In this document: piece by piece, positions 9,774-18,226 of the stretch | How positions within the stretch are numbered: position 1 is the stretch's first letter | How the letters are laid out: every line of letters begins with the position of its first letter | NCBI GenBank assembly: GCA_012521705.1 | Contig: JAAYLX010000011.1 | Location: 10,958-74,957 of the forward strand | Direction: 5' to 3' | Length of the DNA stretch: 64,000 nt | Origin: Clostridiaceae bacterium | GTDB taxonomy: Bacteria; Bacillota; Clostridia; DSM-8532 | Notes under the pieces: generated by a model | The model's database searches: none | The model's input: the letters and a program-made list of their open reading frames with translations, nothing else | Told to the model about the DNA's origin: nothing | Program-made: the position numbers and the translations under genes

Positions 9774-9915
9774 TTCCCATTCAAATCATACTTTCATATA
9801 ACAACATTCGAATGCACCTTCCTAAGACTCAAATCTGAACATCATTTCTGTTTTCCATGGTCCTTCTAAAGACTTTATTCTTCTAAACCTAATTATTAAT
9901 AATTTTTGCGGAATA

Positions 9916-9944
9916 AAAGGAACTATAAGGGAAATAAAGAATTG
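9916..9944 (+). promoter_or_regulatory. Sigma-H-type promoter candidate for the spoIIA operon
   Basis: AAAGGAACT (AGGA core 9918-9921), 14-nt spacer, GAATT (9939-9943). This matches the Bacillus sigma-H pattern RNAGGAWWW-N14-GAAT. Confidence 0.45.
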
Positions 9945-9972
9945 GAAGTGTATGGAATAGAGGTGAAAGCTA

Positions 9973-10275
9973 TTGATAGACATTAAATTTAACAAAGAAG
10001 GAAATACCCTTGTTGTCATGATTGAAGGCGAAATTGACCATCATACTGCAATGATGGCCAGAGAGCGGATTGACAGTAAATTTCTCATGGAGCCTGTGAA
10101 AAACATGGCTTTGGATTTATCACGGGTAAATTTTATGGACAGTGCAGGTATTGGGTTGATTTTAGGGAGGAAAAGCCGGGTATCAGGTGTTGGGGGAACA
10201 TTGACCATCAGAAAACCAAAACCCGCAATAAGAAAACTTCTGAAACTATCAAAAATGGAGTCTATGGTAGAATAA
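9973..10275 (+). CDS. spoIIAA: Anti-sigma-F factor antagonist SpoIIAA (STAS domain)
   Basis: 100 aa with the phosphorylatable-serine motif FMDSAGIG. Located upstream of spoIIAB-sigF. Confidence 0.9.
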   Translation: MIDIKFNKEGNTLVVMIEGEIDHHTAMMARERIDSKFLMEPVKNMALDLSRVNFMDSAGIGLILGRKSRVSGVGGTLTIRKPKPAIRKLLKLSKMESMVE

Positions 10276-10333
10276 GGGAAAAGAAGGTCGTTTAGCTACC
10301 TGTAAGACTTGTGTATTGTGAGGTTATGAAATT

Positions 10334-10753
10334 ATGAAACCAATAAACAAAATGAAAATTGAGTTTTTGTCCAAATCAGTCAACGAGTCCTTCGCAAGAG
10401 TTGTTGCATCCTCCTTTGCGGCGCAGGCTGACCCTTCTCTGGATGTCCTTGCTGATATTAGAACCGCGGTATCGGAAGCAGTTACAAACGCCATCATACA
10501 CGGGTATCCGGACAAGGAGGGTGTGATAGTAATGGAGGGCACTCTCTATCCTGAGTATATTGAAATAATCGTACAGGATTTTGGGATAGGAATTAAAGAT
10601 CTGGAACAGGCAAAAACGCCGCTTTATACTTCAAGACCGGACCTGGAAAGAACCGGCATGGGCTTTACGGTAATGGAAACATTTATGGACAGCCTAACTG
10701 TTGAATCTGTCCCCGGCAAGGGCACCAAAATTATTATGACCAAGCAGTTATAA
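10334..10753 (+). CDS. spoIIAB: Anti-sigma-F factor SpoIIAB (serine kinase)
   Basis: 139 aa with an HATPase_c-like sequence (NESFARV, EAVTNAIIHGY, GMGFTVM). Confidence 0.9.
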   Translation: MKPINKMKIEFLSKSVNESFARVVASSFAAQADPSLDVLADIRTAVSEAVTNAIIHGYPDKEGVIVMEGTLYPEYIEIIVQDFGIGIKDLEQAKTPLYTSRPDLERTGMGFTVMETFMDSLTVESVPGKGTKIIMTKQL

Positions 10754-10770
10754 AATAGGCAGGCAGTAAT

Positions 10771-11526
10771 ATGGAAAACTTAAACGGTGAAACCAGAATT
10801 AATGGTGATACCAATATAGAGCTTGTTATAAAGGCGCAAAATGGTGATGTAGAAGCACGGAATAAAATAATTGACAATAATACAGGACTTGTCTGGAGTG
10901 TTGTAAGAAGATTCCGAAATCGGAATGTTGAGATTGAGGATCTTTACCAGATAGGCTGCATCGGATTGATAAAAGCAGTTGATAAATTTGATCCTTCTTT
11001 CAATGTGTGCTTCTCCACTTATGCAGTTCCAATGATATTGGGTGAAATACGCCGTTATTTCAGGGATGATGGTTCTATTAAGGTAAGCAGGAGCCTTAAG
11101 GAGCTTTCCCTGAAGGCGCGTGATATGAGCGAAAAGCTTGAACAGAAATACGGAAGACCTCCTACCATTAATGAGCTTGCGAAAGCCCTGAACGAAGAAC
11201 CGGAAAATGTTGTGCACGCATTGGAAGCGTCCAGGGCCCCCGATTCTTTGTTCAGAGAATTTGAAGACGATGATGGTTCTGAAAACAGGCTTATAGACAG
11301 GATTGTCTCAAATGAAACCGACAATGAAACAGAGACAGTTGAAAGACTGTCGTTGCTTCACGCTCTTAAGCAGCTTTCAAACAGGGAAAAGCAGCTCATT
11401 TGGATGCGCTATTATTCAGGGCAGACCCAGCAGAACGTGGCGAAAAAGTTAGGTATTTCACAGGTTCAGGTTTCAAGGCTCGAAAAAAAGATACTGGATA
11501 CTTTGAAAAACAAGATGGAAGGATGA
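10771..11526 (+). CDS. sigF: RNA polymerase sporulation sigma factor F
   Basis: 251 aa with sigma-70 regions 2-4. Third gene of the spoIIA operon. Confidence 0.9.
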   Translation: MENLNGETRINGDTNIELVIKAQNGDVEARNKIIDNNTGLVWSVVRRFRNRNVEIEDLYQIGCIGLIKAVDKFDPSFNVCFSTYAVPMILGEIRRYFRDDGSIKVSRSLKELSLKARDMSEKLEQKYGRPPTINELAKALNEEPENVVHALEASRAPDSLFREFEDDDGSENRLIDRIVSNETDNETETVERLSLLHALKQLSNREKQLIWMRYYSGQTQQNVAKKLGISQVQVSRLEKKILDTLKNKMEG

Positions 11527-11527
11527 A

Positions 11528-12871
11528 TTACCTTATTTTTCTTGCTTCCAGATAGAACCTTTTTTCAGAAGCTTCACCCATTGAAAACGTCTTTCTTGGA
11601 AGAACACCGTCCAAAATTACAGTCCGGAAAAGCTCGTTCTTATCCATATGGGGAAGGAAAAAGCCCATGTTTTTAGGCTGCTTTCCAAGTTTTTCGGTAA
11701 TTTCCTCGCCGTGGATGTAATCAATACGTATATCGGGATGTTTATTAATATAATCATCAAGAAATTTCTGAAGTGTTCCAACTTCAAGGTTGCTTGAAGG
11801 TTTTTCGACTATCAGGTATCCCTGGGTATCCCGGGTTACGAATTTAATTGCATGGCCCTTTGTTTCAGGCTTTTCATTGGTTACTGCCACCCAGCCTTTT
11901 TCATTTTTGAAATATTCCCTGAATTCATTTATGAAGTCATTTTCATCTACATTGAATATGACGCGGTGTATGGGTTCAAAAACAAGGCCATCATCGTGTA
12001 CGTTGACCACTTCCACAAGGGCATAGCGGGCAGGGTGAACTGCTGCTTCATCTTCACTGAGAGTCTGTTTGATTTTATCCCAGCATGCTTTTGCGGTGGC
12101 CAGGGAATGGTTGCCGTCTCCTACTGCAAAAAGAAGTACGCCGTATTTATCGTCAACACCGTATCGCTTCTTAAAACCTTCCTTGTCGGCAAGTTTCAAA
12201 AGGCCGTTTGCAATATTCTCCAAATCTTTTTCATCCGATATTTTCCAACCTTTAATTGAACCGCTTTCTTTCATAAGTTCAAAGGAGTAAACCTGTGAAA
12301 AGCTGACTTTTTTCTCTTTCAGAGGTTCAATTACTGTTTTGTCCTTATCATCTATCAAAACCATAATATGGGGAAGTTCCAAAGGTGCATTCTCACGAAC
12401 ACATATACGAGGGGGCAATCTGTCGACAATTGTACCTTCGGTAGCGCGTATCAGGCTTTGTGACCCCTTTTTGTAGTCGTAATTTTCAAGATCCACAGCC
12501 AATATAATACCATGGCGCTTGATTCCGTTCGCAAATGTCCGTTCGACCAATACAACAGAATCGGTAAGCTCATAAAATACCTGATTCTTCATATATGAAT
12601 TCATGTTCTCGTTGATTTTTTTAATCCTGTTGGATTTTTCTTCAGGACTTTCTGTCTCAAGATATGCTTCCGGAAAAATCAGGTGCAAAGTTGAAGGATT
12701 TTCACCGACAAAACTATGTACATCTTCCCAGTATTCGGGTTCGGAAGTGAACTGATCGCATGCTACAACAGCCCATCGTTGCATATCTACATTTTTTTGC
12801 GGTAACAATATTGATGAAATATCAATGCCAAGCTTGCTATTAAAAATTTCACGCAATCTGCTGCTTATCAT
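11528..12871 (-). CDS. DUF1015-family protein
   Basis: 447 aa. The VGDGNHSLATAKA motif and overall layout are typical of DUF1015. Confidence 0.8.
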   Translation of the reverse strand: MISSRLREIFNSKLGIDISSILLPQKNVDMQRWAVVACDQFTSEPEYWEDVHSFVGENPSTLHLIFPEAYLETESPEEKSNRIKKINENMNSYMKNQVFYELTDSVVLVERTFANGIKRHGIILAVDLENYDYKKGSQSLIRATEGTIVDRLPPRICVRENAPLELPHIMVLIDDKDKTVIEPLKEKKVSFSQVYSFELMKESGSIKGWKISDEKDLENIANGLLKLADKEGFKKRYGVDDKYGVLLFAVGDGNHSLATAKACWDKIKQTLSEDEAAVHPARYALVEVVNVHDDGLVFEPIHRVIFNVDENDFINEFREYFKNEKGWVAVTNEKPETKGHAIKFVTRDTQGYLIVEKPSSNLEVGTLQKFLDDYINKHPDIRIDYIHGEEITEKLGKQPKNMGFFLPHMDKNELFRTVILDGVLPRKTFSMGEASEKRFYLEARKIR

Positions 12872-13002
12872 ATTTTACCTCCGATAAAACCAACCTTTGT
12901 TCATTTTATTTCATCAGACAATAACTGTCAAATTATCTTGCGAATTGTATCAAAAAAATATTGGAATACTAAAAAAGAAATTCATGAATAGGAGGTAAGG
13001 CA

Positions 13003-13179
13003 ATGAGGACAGGATTTGGTGGCGGTATGCTATTAGGTGTTATGATGGGTGCTGCACTTTCCATAATGGCAGAGGAAAATTTCAAATGGGATCGCTCTTT
13101 AAAAGCAATGAACAGAGCTGGAAGAAATATTGGAAGACGTGCAGGAAGAGCATACATGGCTATCAGGCACATGATGTAA
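13003..13179 (+). CDS. Small (58 aa) membrane protein with a glycine-zipper TM and basic tail; not in the ORF track
   Basis: Strong SD AGGAGG (12990-12995) lies 7 nt before ATG 13003. Sequence MRTGFGGGMLLGVMMGAALSIMAEENFKWDRSLKAMNRAGRNIGRRAGRAYMAIRHMM, stop at 13177-13179. A clean terminator follows. Confidence 0.6.
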   Translation: MRTGFGGGMLLGVMMGAALSIMAEENFKWDRSLKAMNRAGRNIGRRAGRAYMAIRHMM

Positions 13180-13218
13180 TACCATGATTCAACATTTAAG
13201 TCAAAGTACAAATCAGGG

Positions 13219-13251
13219 GAGGCGAAGAAAGAATTCGCCTCTTTGATTTTT
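13219..13251 (+). terminator. Intrinsic terminator after the small ORF
   Basis: GAGGCGAA pairs with TTCGCCTC. TTTGATTTTT follows. Confidence 0.7.
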
Positions 13252-13353
13252 GTACAGTCGGCAATAAAGTCAATTGTTAAACTTTGGATATATTTCATTT
13301 ATGCAATATTTATACTTTTAGTTGGTGTATAATTGAAATTAAGGTGATGAAAC

Positions 13354-14169
13354 ATGATTACATATAATACCGATCTTTCTCTGAAAGATAAGAACATACT
13401 GATAACCGGTGTGAGCCGGCCCATGGGGATAGGGGCTGCCATAGTCAAAAGACTGGCATCGGCGGGAGCTAATGTTGTAATTCATGGTTTTTCGAAATAC
13501 GATGAGGAACTGAAGTATCCGGACATCTCCTCGAATTATCCTGAAAAATTAGCCTGTGAGCTGATTTCAGATGGATATAACGCTTACGCATTGCCATCCT
13601 TTGATTTGACAGAAAAGTTCGCCCCTGAAAAACTTGTATCCGAAGCCGCCAGAATTAATGGATACATTGATGGATTGGTTCTGAATCATGCGTATTCATT
13701 GAGTCTTCCCATTGGAAAATGGACTCAGGAGCATATAGATTTGCATCTCAACGCCAATGTAAGAGCTTCAATGCTAATTATCCAGGCTTTTGCAGATCAG
13801 CTTCCCGAAGGTAAAAAAGGTTCTGTAACCTTATTTACAAGTGGACAGTTTTTAGGTTCCATGATTAATGAAATTGCTTATGCAGTTTCAAAAGAGGCTG
13901 TTATTTGCCTGTGTAAACAGGCAGCAGTGGCTCTGGCTCCAAGAGGAATAAGAGTTAATTGCATAAATCCCGGCCCCACTGATACCGGTTATATGAAACC
14001 TGAAAGTCAAGAATACAAACAAGTCGCATCCATGTTTCCCTCAGGACGATGGGGTTTGCCTGATGATGCGGCACGTCTGGTGCACTTTTTGCAAAGCGAT
14101 TATTCCGAATGGATTACTGGTCAAGTAATCTCAAGTGAAGGTGGATTCCGAAGAGATGTAATTATTTAA
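13354..14169 (+). CDS. SDR-family oxidoreductase
   Basis: 271 aa with an N-terminal TGVSRPMGIG nucleotide-binding motif and a YAVSK catalytic YxxxK. Confidence 0.85.
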   Translation: MITYNTDLSLKDKNILITGVSRPMGIGAAIVKRLASAGANVVIHGFSKYDEELKYPDISSNYPEKLACELISDGYNAYALPSFDLTEKFAPEKLVSEAARINGYIDGLVLNHAYSLSLPIGKWTQEHIDLHLNANVRASMLIIQAFADQLPEGKKGSVTLFTSGQFLGSMINEIAYAVSKEAVICLCKQAAVALAPRGIRVNCINPGPTDTGYMKPESQEYKQVASMFPSGRWGLPDDAARLVHFLQSDYSEWITGQVISSEGGFRRDVII

Positions 14170-14340
14170 AATATTATAGAAAATCTTAGATTTTGATTTT
14201 TTTGAATACATTGGTATTTTATAAATTTTAAGGGTAAATATGATTAAGAGCATTTCCGACTGGAATAGTTCCGGTTAGTTTTGTTCTGTTTCCATGTGAG
14301 GGGAATTTAAGGATTTTTTTATGGATTGCGGGGGAATTGA

Positions 14341-16119
14341 ATGAAAAAAATTAGTAGCAAGATCATTCTGAACGCTATCATTTCTACTTTGCTCGCTTCT
14401 CTGTTGATCGGCATTTTTTCCAATTATGCAATGAAGAAGTTAACTGATTCGCAACTGGAAAAAATGCAGCAAATCTACAACAACAGTTTTGACACAAATA
14501 TCAAGCAACAGGTTGAAACTGCTGTCAGTATGCTTCAGGCCATTTATGACAAGAGTCAAAAGGGAGAGATTTCTTTCGAAGAAGCAAAGAAACTCGGAGC
14601 GGATCTTTTAAGAGAATTAAGATTCGGTGAAGAAGGCTATTTTTGGGCAGATACCTCGAAAGGTGTGAATGTCGTACTCCTTGGTAACGATACTGAAGGT
14701 ACAAACAGGTTCAACGCCCAGGACGTAAATGGACACTACTTCATTCAGGACATCATCAATAAGGGTATGCAGGGCGGCGGTTTCTCTGAATGGTGGTTCC
14801 CGAAAAAAGGTCAGACAGAAGCATTGCCGAAGCGTGGCTATTCTATGTACTTTGAGCCTTTTGACTGGGTTTTGGGAACAGGTAACTACATAGACGATAT
14901 TAATGCCATATTGGAGGCTGAAACCGAGCATTTTAATGATTTGTCAAGAAGAAATGCTGCAATTATATATGCTTGTCTTGTATTGTCAAATATATTTGCA
15001 ATAATTTTGTCATTTATAGTTGGTAAGAGGATATCCAAACCTATCGTACAAGTTACTGACGTACTTAACAAGACTTCCAAATATGATCTGACTGAAGACG
15101 GTAACCTTGAACCCATTATCAAGAAGTATAAGGATGAAACAGGTATAATGGCTGAAGCTCTCAAGAATCTTAGAGAGGCTTTAAGAAATATTGTAAACAA
15201 CATTCGTTCAGTATCTGATGTTATTCACTCCAATGCCGTTTCTGTTTCCCAGGTTGCCAATGACCTTAATATGCAGGCGTCTGAGTCTTCTGCAATAATT
15301 CAGGAATTGTCTGCCGGAATGGAAGAGACTTCTGCTTCCGCAGAGCAGATGAGTTCAGCATCCAACCTGATAGAAGCATCCATAGACAATATCATGTCCA
15401 AGACAGATGCAGGCGCTACCAAAGCAGCGGATATTGACGTACGCGCCAAATCCATAAAAGAAAACTTTGTTAAATCCGAACATACAACAAGGCAGTTGTA
15501 CAGTACAACTAAAGTAATGGTTGAGAAAGCCATTGAAAATGCCCAAATAGCAAATGAAATCAATGTCCTTACCCAGGCGATTTTAGGTATAGCAGATCAG
15601 ACAAACCTTCTTGCGCTGAATGCTTCAATTGAGGCTGCAAGGGCAGGGGAAGCCGGCCAAGGATTCGCTGTTGTTGCAGGAGAAATCAAACAGCTTGCTG
15701 ACCAGTCTGCCAGTATGGCGGGTAAGATTCAGGAAACCACCAATGCTGTTATTGACTCGGTTAAAGAATTGGCTGATGCCTCAGGAACACTTCTTAACTT
15801 TATGGAGACTCAGGTTAACAGCGACTATGATTATATGCTTAAAACCAGTGAGCAATATGCTCAGGATGCTGAATTTGTAAGCGGTCTTGTTTCCGACCTG
15901 AGTACAACCTCCGAAGAACTGACAACATCAGTCAAGGATATCATCAAGGCTATTAAAGATATTTCTACAACTGTTACCGAAGGGGCTGAAGGAACATATA
16001 ACATGGCAGAAAATATGTCCTCCATGCTGGATAAAGTTGTTGTTGTCCATGAGAGCATGAAGCGCAATCTGGCCGAAATAGAAAAACTTAATACCCTTGT
16101 TAATCAGATTAAAATTTAG
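14341..16119 (+). CDS. Methyl-accepting chemotaxis protein (N-terminal TM, Cache-like sensor, HAMP, MA domain)
   Basis: 592 aa. Carries the highly conserved signalling hairpin [30 protein letters not shown]. Confidence 0.9.
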   Translation: MKKISSKIILNAIISTLLASLLIGIFSNYAMKKLTDSQLEKMQQIYNNSFDTNIKQQVETAVSMLQAIYDKSQKGEISFEEAKKLGADLLRELRFGEEGYFWADTSKGVNVVLLGNDTEGTNRFNAQDVNGHYFIQDIINKGMQGGGFSEWWFPKKGQTEALPKRGYSMYFEPFDWVLGTGNYIDDINAILEAETEHFNDLSRRNAAIIYACLVLSNIFAIILSFIVGKRISKPIVQVTDVLNKTSKYDLTEDGNLEPIIKKYKDETGIMAEALKNLREALRNIVNNIRSVSDVIHSNAVSVSQVANDLNMQASESSAIIQELSAGMEETSASAEQMSSASNLIEASIDNIMSKTDAGATKAADIDVRAKSIKENFVKSEHTTRQLYSTTKVMVEKAIENAQIANEINVLTQAILGIADQTNLLALNASIEAARAGEAGQGFAVVAGEIKQLADQSASMAGKIQETTNAVIDSVKELADASGTLLNFMETQVNSDYDYMLKTSEQYAQDAEFVSGLVSDLSTTSEELTTSVKDIIKAIKDISTTVTEGAEGTYNMAENMSSMLDKVVVVHESMKRNLAEIEKLNTLVNQIKI

Positions 16120-16158
16120 AGCATGTAATAGTTAAATAATTATCAGGTAATTTTGATA

Positions 16159-16198
16159 AAGAAGAGTTTTAGCAAGGCTGAAACTCTTCTTTTAATTT
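16159..16198 (+). terminator. MCP gene terminator
   Basis: GAAGAGTTT pairs with AAACTCTTC. TTTTAATTT follows. Confidence 0.7.
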
Positions 16199-16309
16199 CC
16201 CGGAATTTATTATTTATTATCATGATAATTGTTTTTATATCATAAATCTTTAATGAGTGAAGGGATGTCCATTTTTCCTGACTCAAAGATTTTAAGGGGA
16301 GTGATTTAA

Positions 16310-16771
16310 GTGATTTATGATAGATCCAATGTCAAAGAACAGGTCAATTTTATTTTAAGGGGACTCAGCGGAAGCATTGATGCCCTTTATACGGCTTCGA
16401 ACCTGCTTACAATAACCAATATCCTCGAAAATATGAGGGTTGATGTCCAAAATCTGATATATCTTAATGAAATCCGGGACAAACAAACTCTCTATAGTGC
16501 AGCATCAGAAAATATCCAGGAATCCGGCAATGTCAATACGGACAAGCAAGTGTCTGTGGAATCAGAAGAGCAGAACCCTGCTGCCCATAAAGAAGGGACA
16601 TCGGAAATTAAAGAAGTCAGTGGAAACCAGTACATAGAAAAAATTGAGGAATGCAAGGAAAACGCTGATTCAGAATCAAATAACAACCAAAGCGTATCCG
16701 AGCTGGACCGTCTTGTAGCAGAGCTTATTGGAGAAAACGAAGATGGTGAAAGCAACAAGACAATGCACTAA
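16310..16771 (+). CDS. Hypothetical acidic protein
   Basis: 153 aa. GTG start 8 nt after AAGGGGAG. Helical N-terminal ~55 aa, then an E/S/N-rich low-complexity tail. I recognise no family. Confidence 0.5.
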   Translation: MIYDRSNVKEQVNFILRGLSGSIDALYTASNLLTITNILENMRVDVQNLIYLNEIRDKQTLYSAASENIQESGNVNTDKQVSVESEEQNPAAHKEGTSEIKEVSGNQYIEKIEECKENADSESNNNQSVSELDRLVAELIGENEDGESNKTMH

Positions 16772-16791
16772 AATTAATACATGATGTACCC

Positions 16792-16820
16792 TTGTATTGG
16801 TCAGCGGACTATGTTATAAT
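16792..16820 (+). promoter_or_regulatory. Sigma-A promoter with extended -10
   Basis: TTGTAT (16792-16797), 17-nt spacer, TGTTATAAT (-10 at 16815-16820). Confidence 0.55.
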
Positions 16821-16990
16821 ATTAACAAACTTCCGGTGCGCTGTGAGATAAAGTATTTTATCTTGCAGCAAACCGTTCATATAGATTATACGATTCGTAC
16901 CTGAACGCATGAGGGTCCGTCCCGAGTGGTAAGGCGAGAGAATAGTGTGTATGCATGTAATAAAGCATTTTATGCTTTTGTAAATACTAT

Positions 16991-17024
16991 CCTTGTGCCG
17001 TTCGGTGCAAGGATTTTTTATTTG
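16991..17024 (+). terminator. Intrinsic terminator inside the hydE leader
   Basis: CCTTGTGCC pairs with GGTGCAAGG (two G-T wobbles). ATTTTTTATTT follows. The terminator ends about 30 nt before the hydE start. Confidence 0.6.
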
Positions 17025-17051
17025 TTCACAAAATATAAACCGGAGTGCGAT

Positions 17052-18104
17052 ATGAAAAGACTTATTGACAAGCTCGAAAAAAATAAGTTTCTTGAAAAAG
17101 ATGAATACGTGTTCTTATTGAACAATTATAATGCTGAAATATCCGAATATCTTTTCAATAAGGCAAGAAGCGTTTCACAACGCTATTTTGGCAACAAAAT
17201 TTATATCCGTGGCCTTATTGAGTTTACCAATTACTGCAGAAATGACTGCTTATATTGCGGAATCAGAATAAGCAATAAAAATTCTGAACGCTACAGACTT
17301 AGCAGGGAAGAAATTCTTGACTGCTGCAAAAAAGGATATGAACTGGGCTTTCGTACATTTGTGCTTCAGGGTGGCGAAGACCTGACTTACTCCGTTGAAG
17401 ATATGGTTGATATTATTCGCGAAATAAGAAAGGGATATCCTGATTGTGCAATTACCTTGTCAATCGGTGAAAGAAGCTTTGAAGACTACCTTGAATTTTA
17501 TAAAGCCGGGGCAAACCGCTATCTTTTGAGACATGAAACAGCCAACTCAGATCATTATTCAAAATTACATACCAAAGACCAGTCCCTTATGAAAAGAAAA
17601 CAATGCCTTTATGATCTGAAAAAAATTGGATACCAGGTTGGAACCGGATTCATGGTAGGTTCACCTTATCAGACCAGTGAACACCTTGCAGAGGATTTAT
17701 TGTTTATCCATGAACTTCAACCTGCGATGGTTGGTATAGGACCTTTTATACCTCATAAGGATACACCTTTCAAAGACTTCCAGCAGGGGAAACTGGAGCT
17801 CACATTATTTTTAATAGGAATATTAAGGCTCATGATTCCAAACGGACTTATTCCGTCCACCACCGCATTGGGAACCATTAATCCCAAAGGCCGTGAATTG
17901 GGAATATTGGCCGGGGCAAATGTCGTCATGCCCAATCTGTCCCCTGTAAATGTCAGAAAAAAATACATGCTGTATGACAATAAAATCTGCACCGGTGAAG
18001 AAGCCGCTGAATGCAGGATGTGTCTGCAATACAGAATACGGAACATAGGATATGAGATAGTTGTAGACAGGGGAGATTTTAAACCCCTTGAGATTACTGG
18101 ATAA
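17052..18104 (+). CDS. hydE: [FeFe]-hydrogenase maturase HydE (radical SAM, BioB-like)
   Basis: CRNDCLYCGIR CX3CX2C motif. I chose start ATG 17052 (MKRLIDKLEKN) after GGAGTG. Adjacent to hydG. Confidence 0.85.
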   Translation: MKRLIDKLEKNKFLEKDEYVFLLNNYNAEISEYLFNKARSVSQRYFGNKIYIRGLIEFTNYCRNDCLYCGIRISNKNSERYRLSREEILDCCKKGYELGFRTFVLQGGEDLTYSVEDMVDIIREIRKGYPDCAITLSIGERSFEDYLEFYKAGANRYLLRHETANSDHYSKLHTKDQSLMKRKQCLYDLKKIGYQVGTGFMVGSPYQTSEHLAEDLLFIHELQPAMVGIGPFIPHKDTPFKDFQQGKLELTLFLIGILRLMIPNGLIPSTTALGTINPKGRELGILAGANVVMPNLSPVNVRKKYMLYDNKICTGEEAAECRMCLQYRIRNIGYEIVVDRGDFKPLEITG

Positions 18105-18226
18105 CGATTGTTTGAAAAACAAACTTCCTGCAGCCCGAATTTAATCTGAAATTAAATAAATCATTTATATATTATTCGGAGATTCGCCCAAAACAGACGG
18201 AGCTTCGTGAAAGGAGCCTGATAAAA

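Noticed and set aside
9504-9838. Four overlapping 64-81-aa ORFs on both strands across repeat copy 1, with counterparts at 60366-60680 and 19638-19976
   Set aside because: They exist because the GC-rich element is open in several frames. None has an SD. The best-conserved + frame (MRSSIGGDRQ...) shows 5 non-synonymous against 2 synonymous differences between copies. The nucleotide changes instead preserve base-pairing.
12969-13298. 109-aa minus-strand ORF in the DUF1015-SDR spacer
   Set aside because: It has no SD. It overlaps a + strand 58-aa ORF that has an ideal SD and terminator, and it runs through that terminator hairpin.
16833-16915. Possible TPP riboswitch in the hydE leader (GGTGCGCTGTGAGA and ACCTGAACGC vaguely resemble the GGGGTGC..CTGAGA and GAACCTGATC blocks)
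   Set aside because: The CUGAGA, ACCC and GGAUAAUGCCAGCG/AGGGA cores are absent or disrupted, and the spacing does not fit. The resemblance is superficial.
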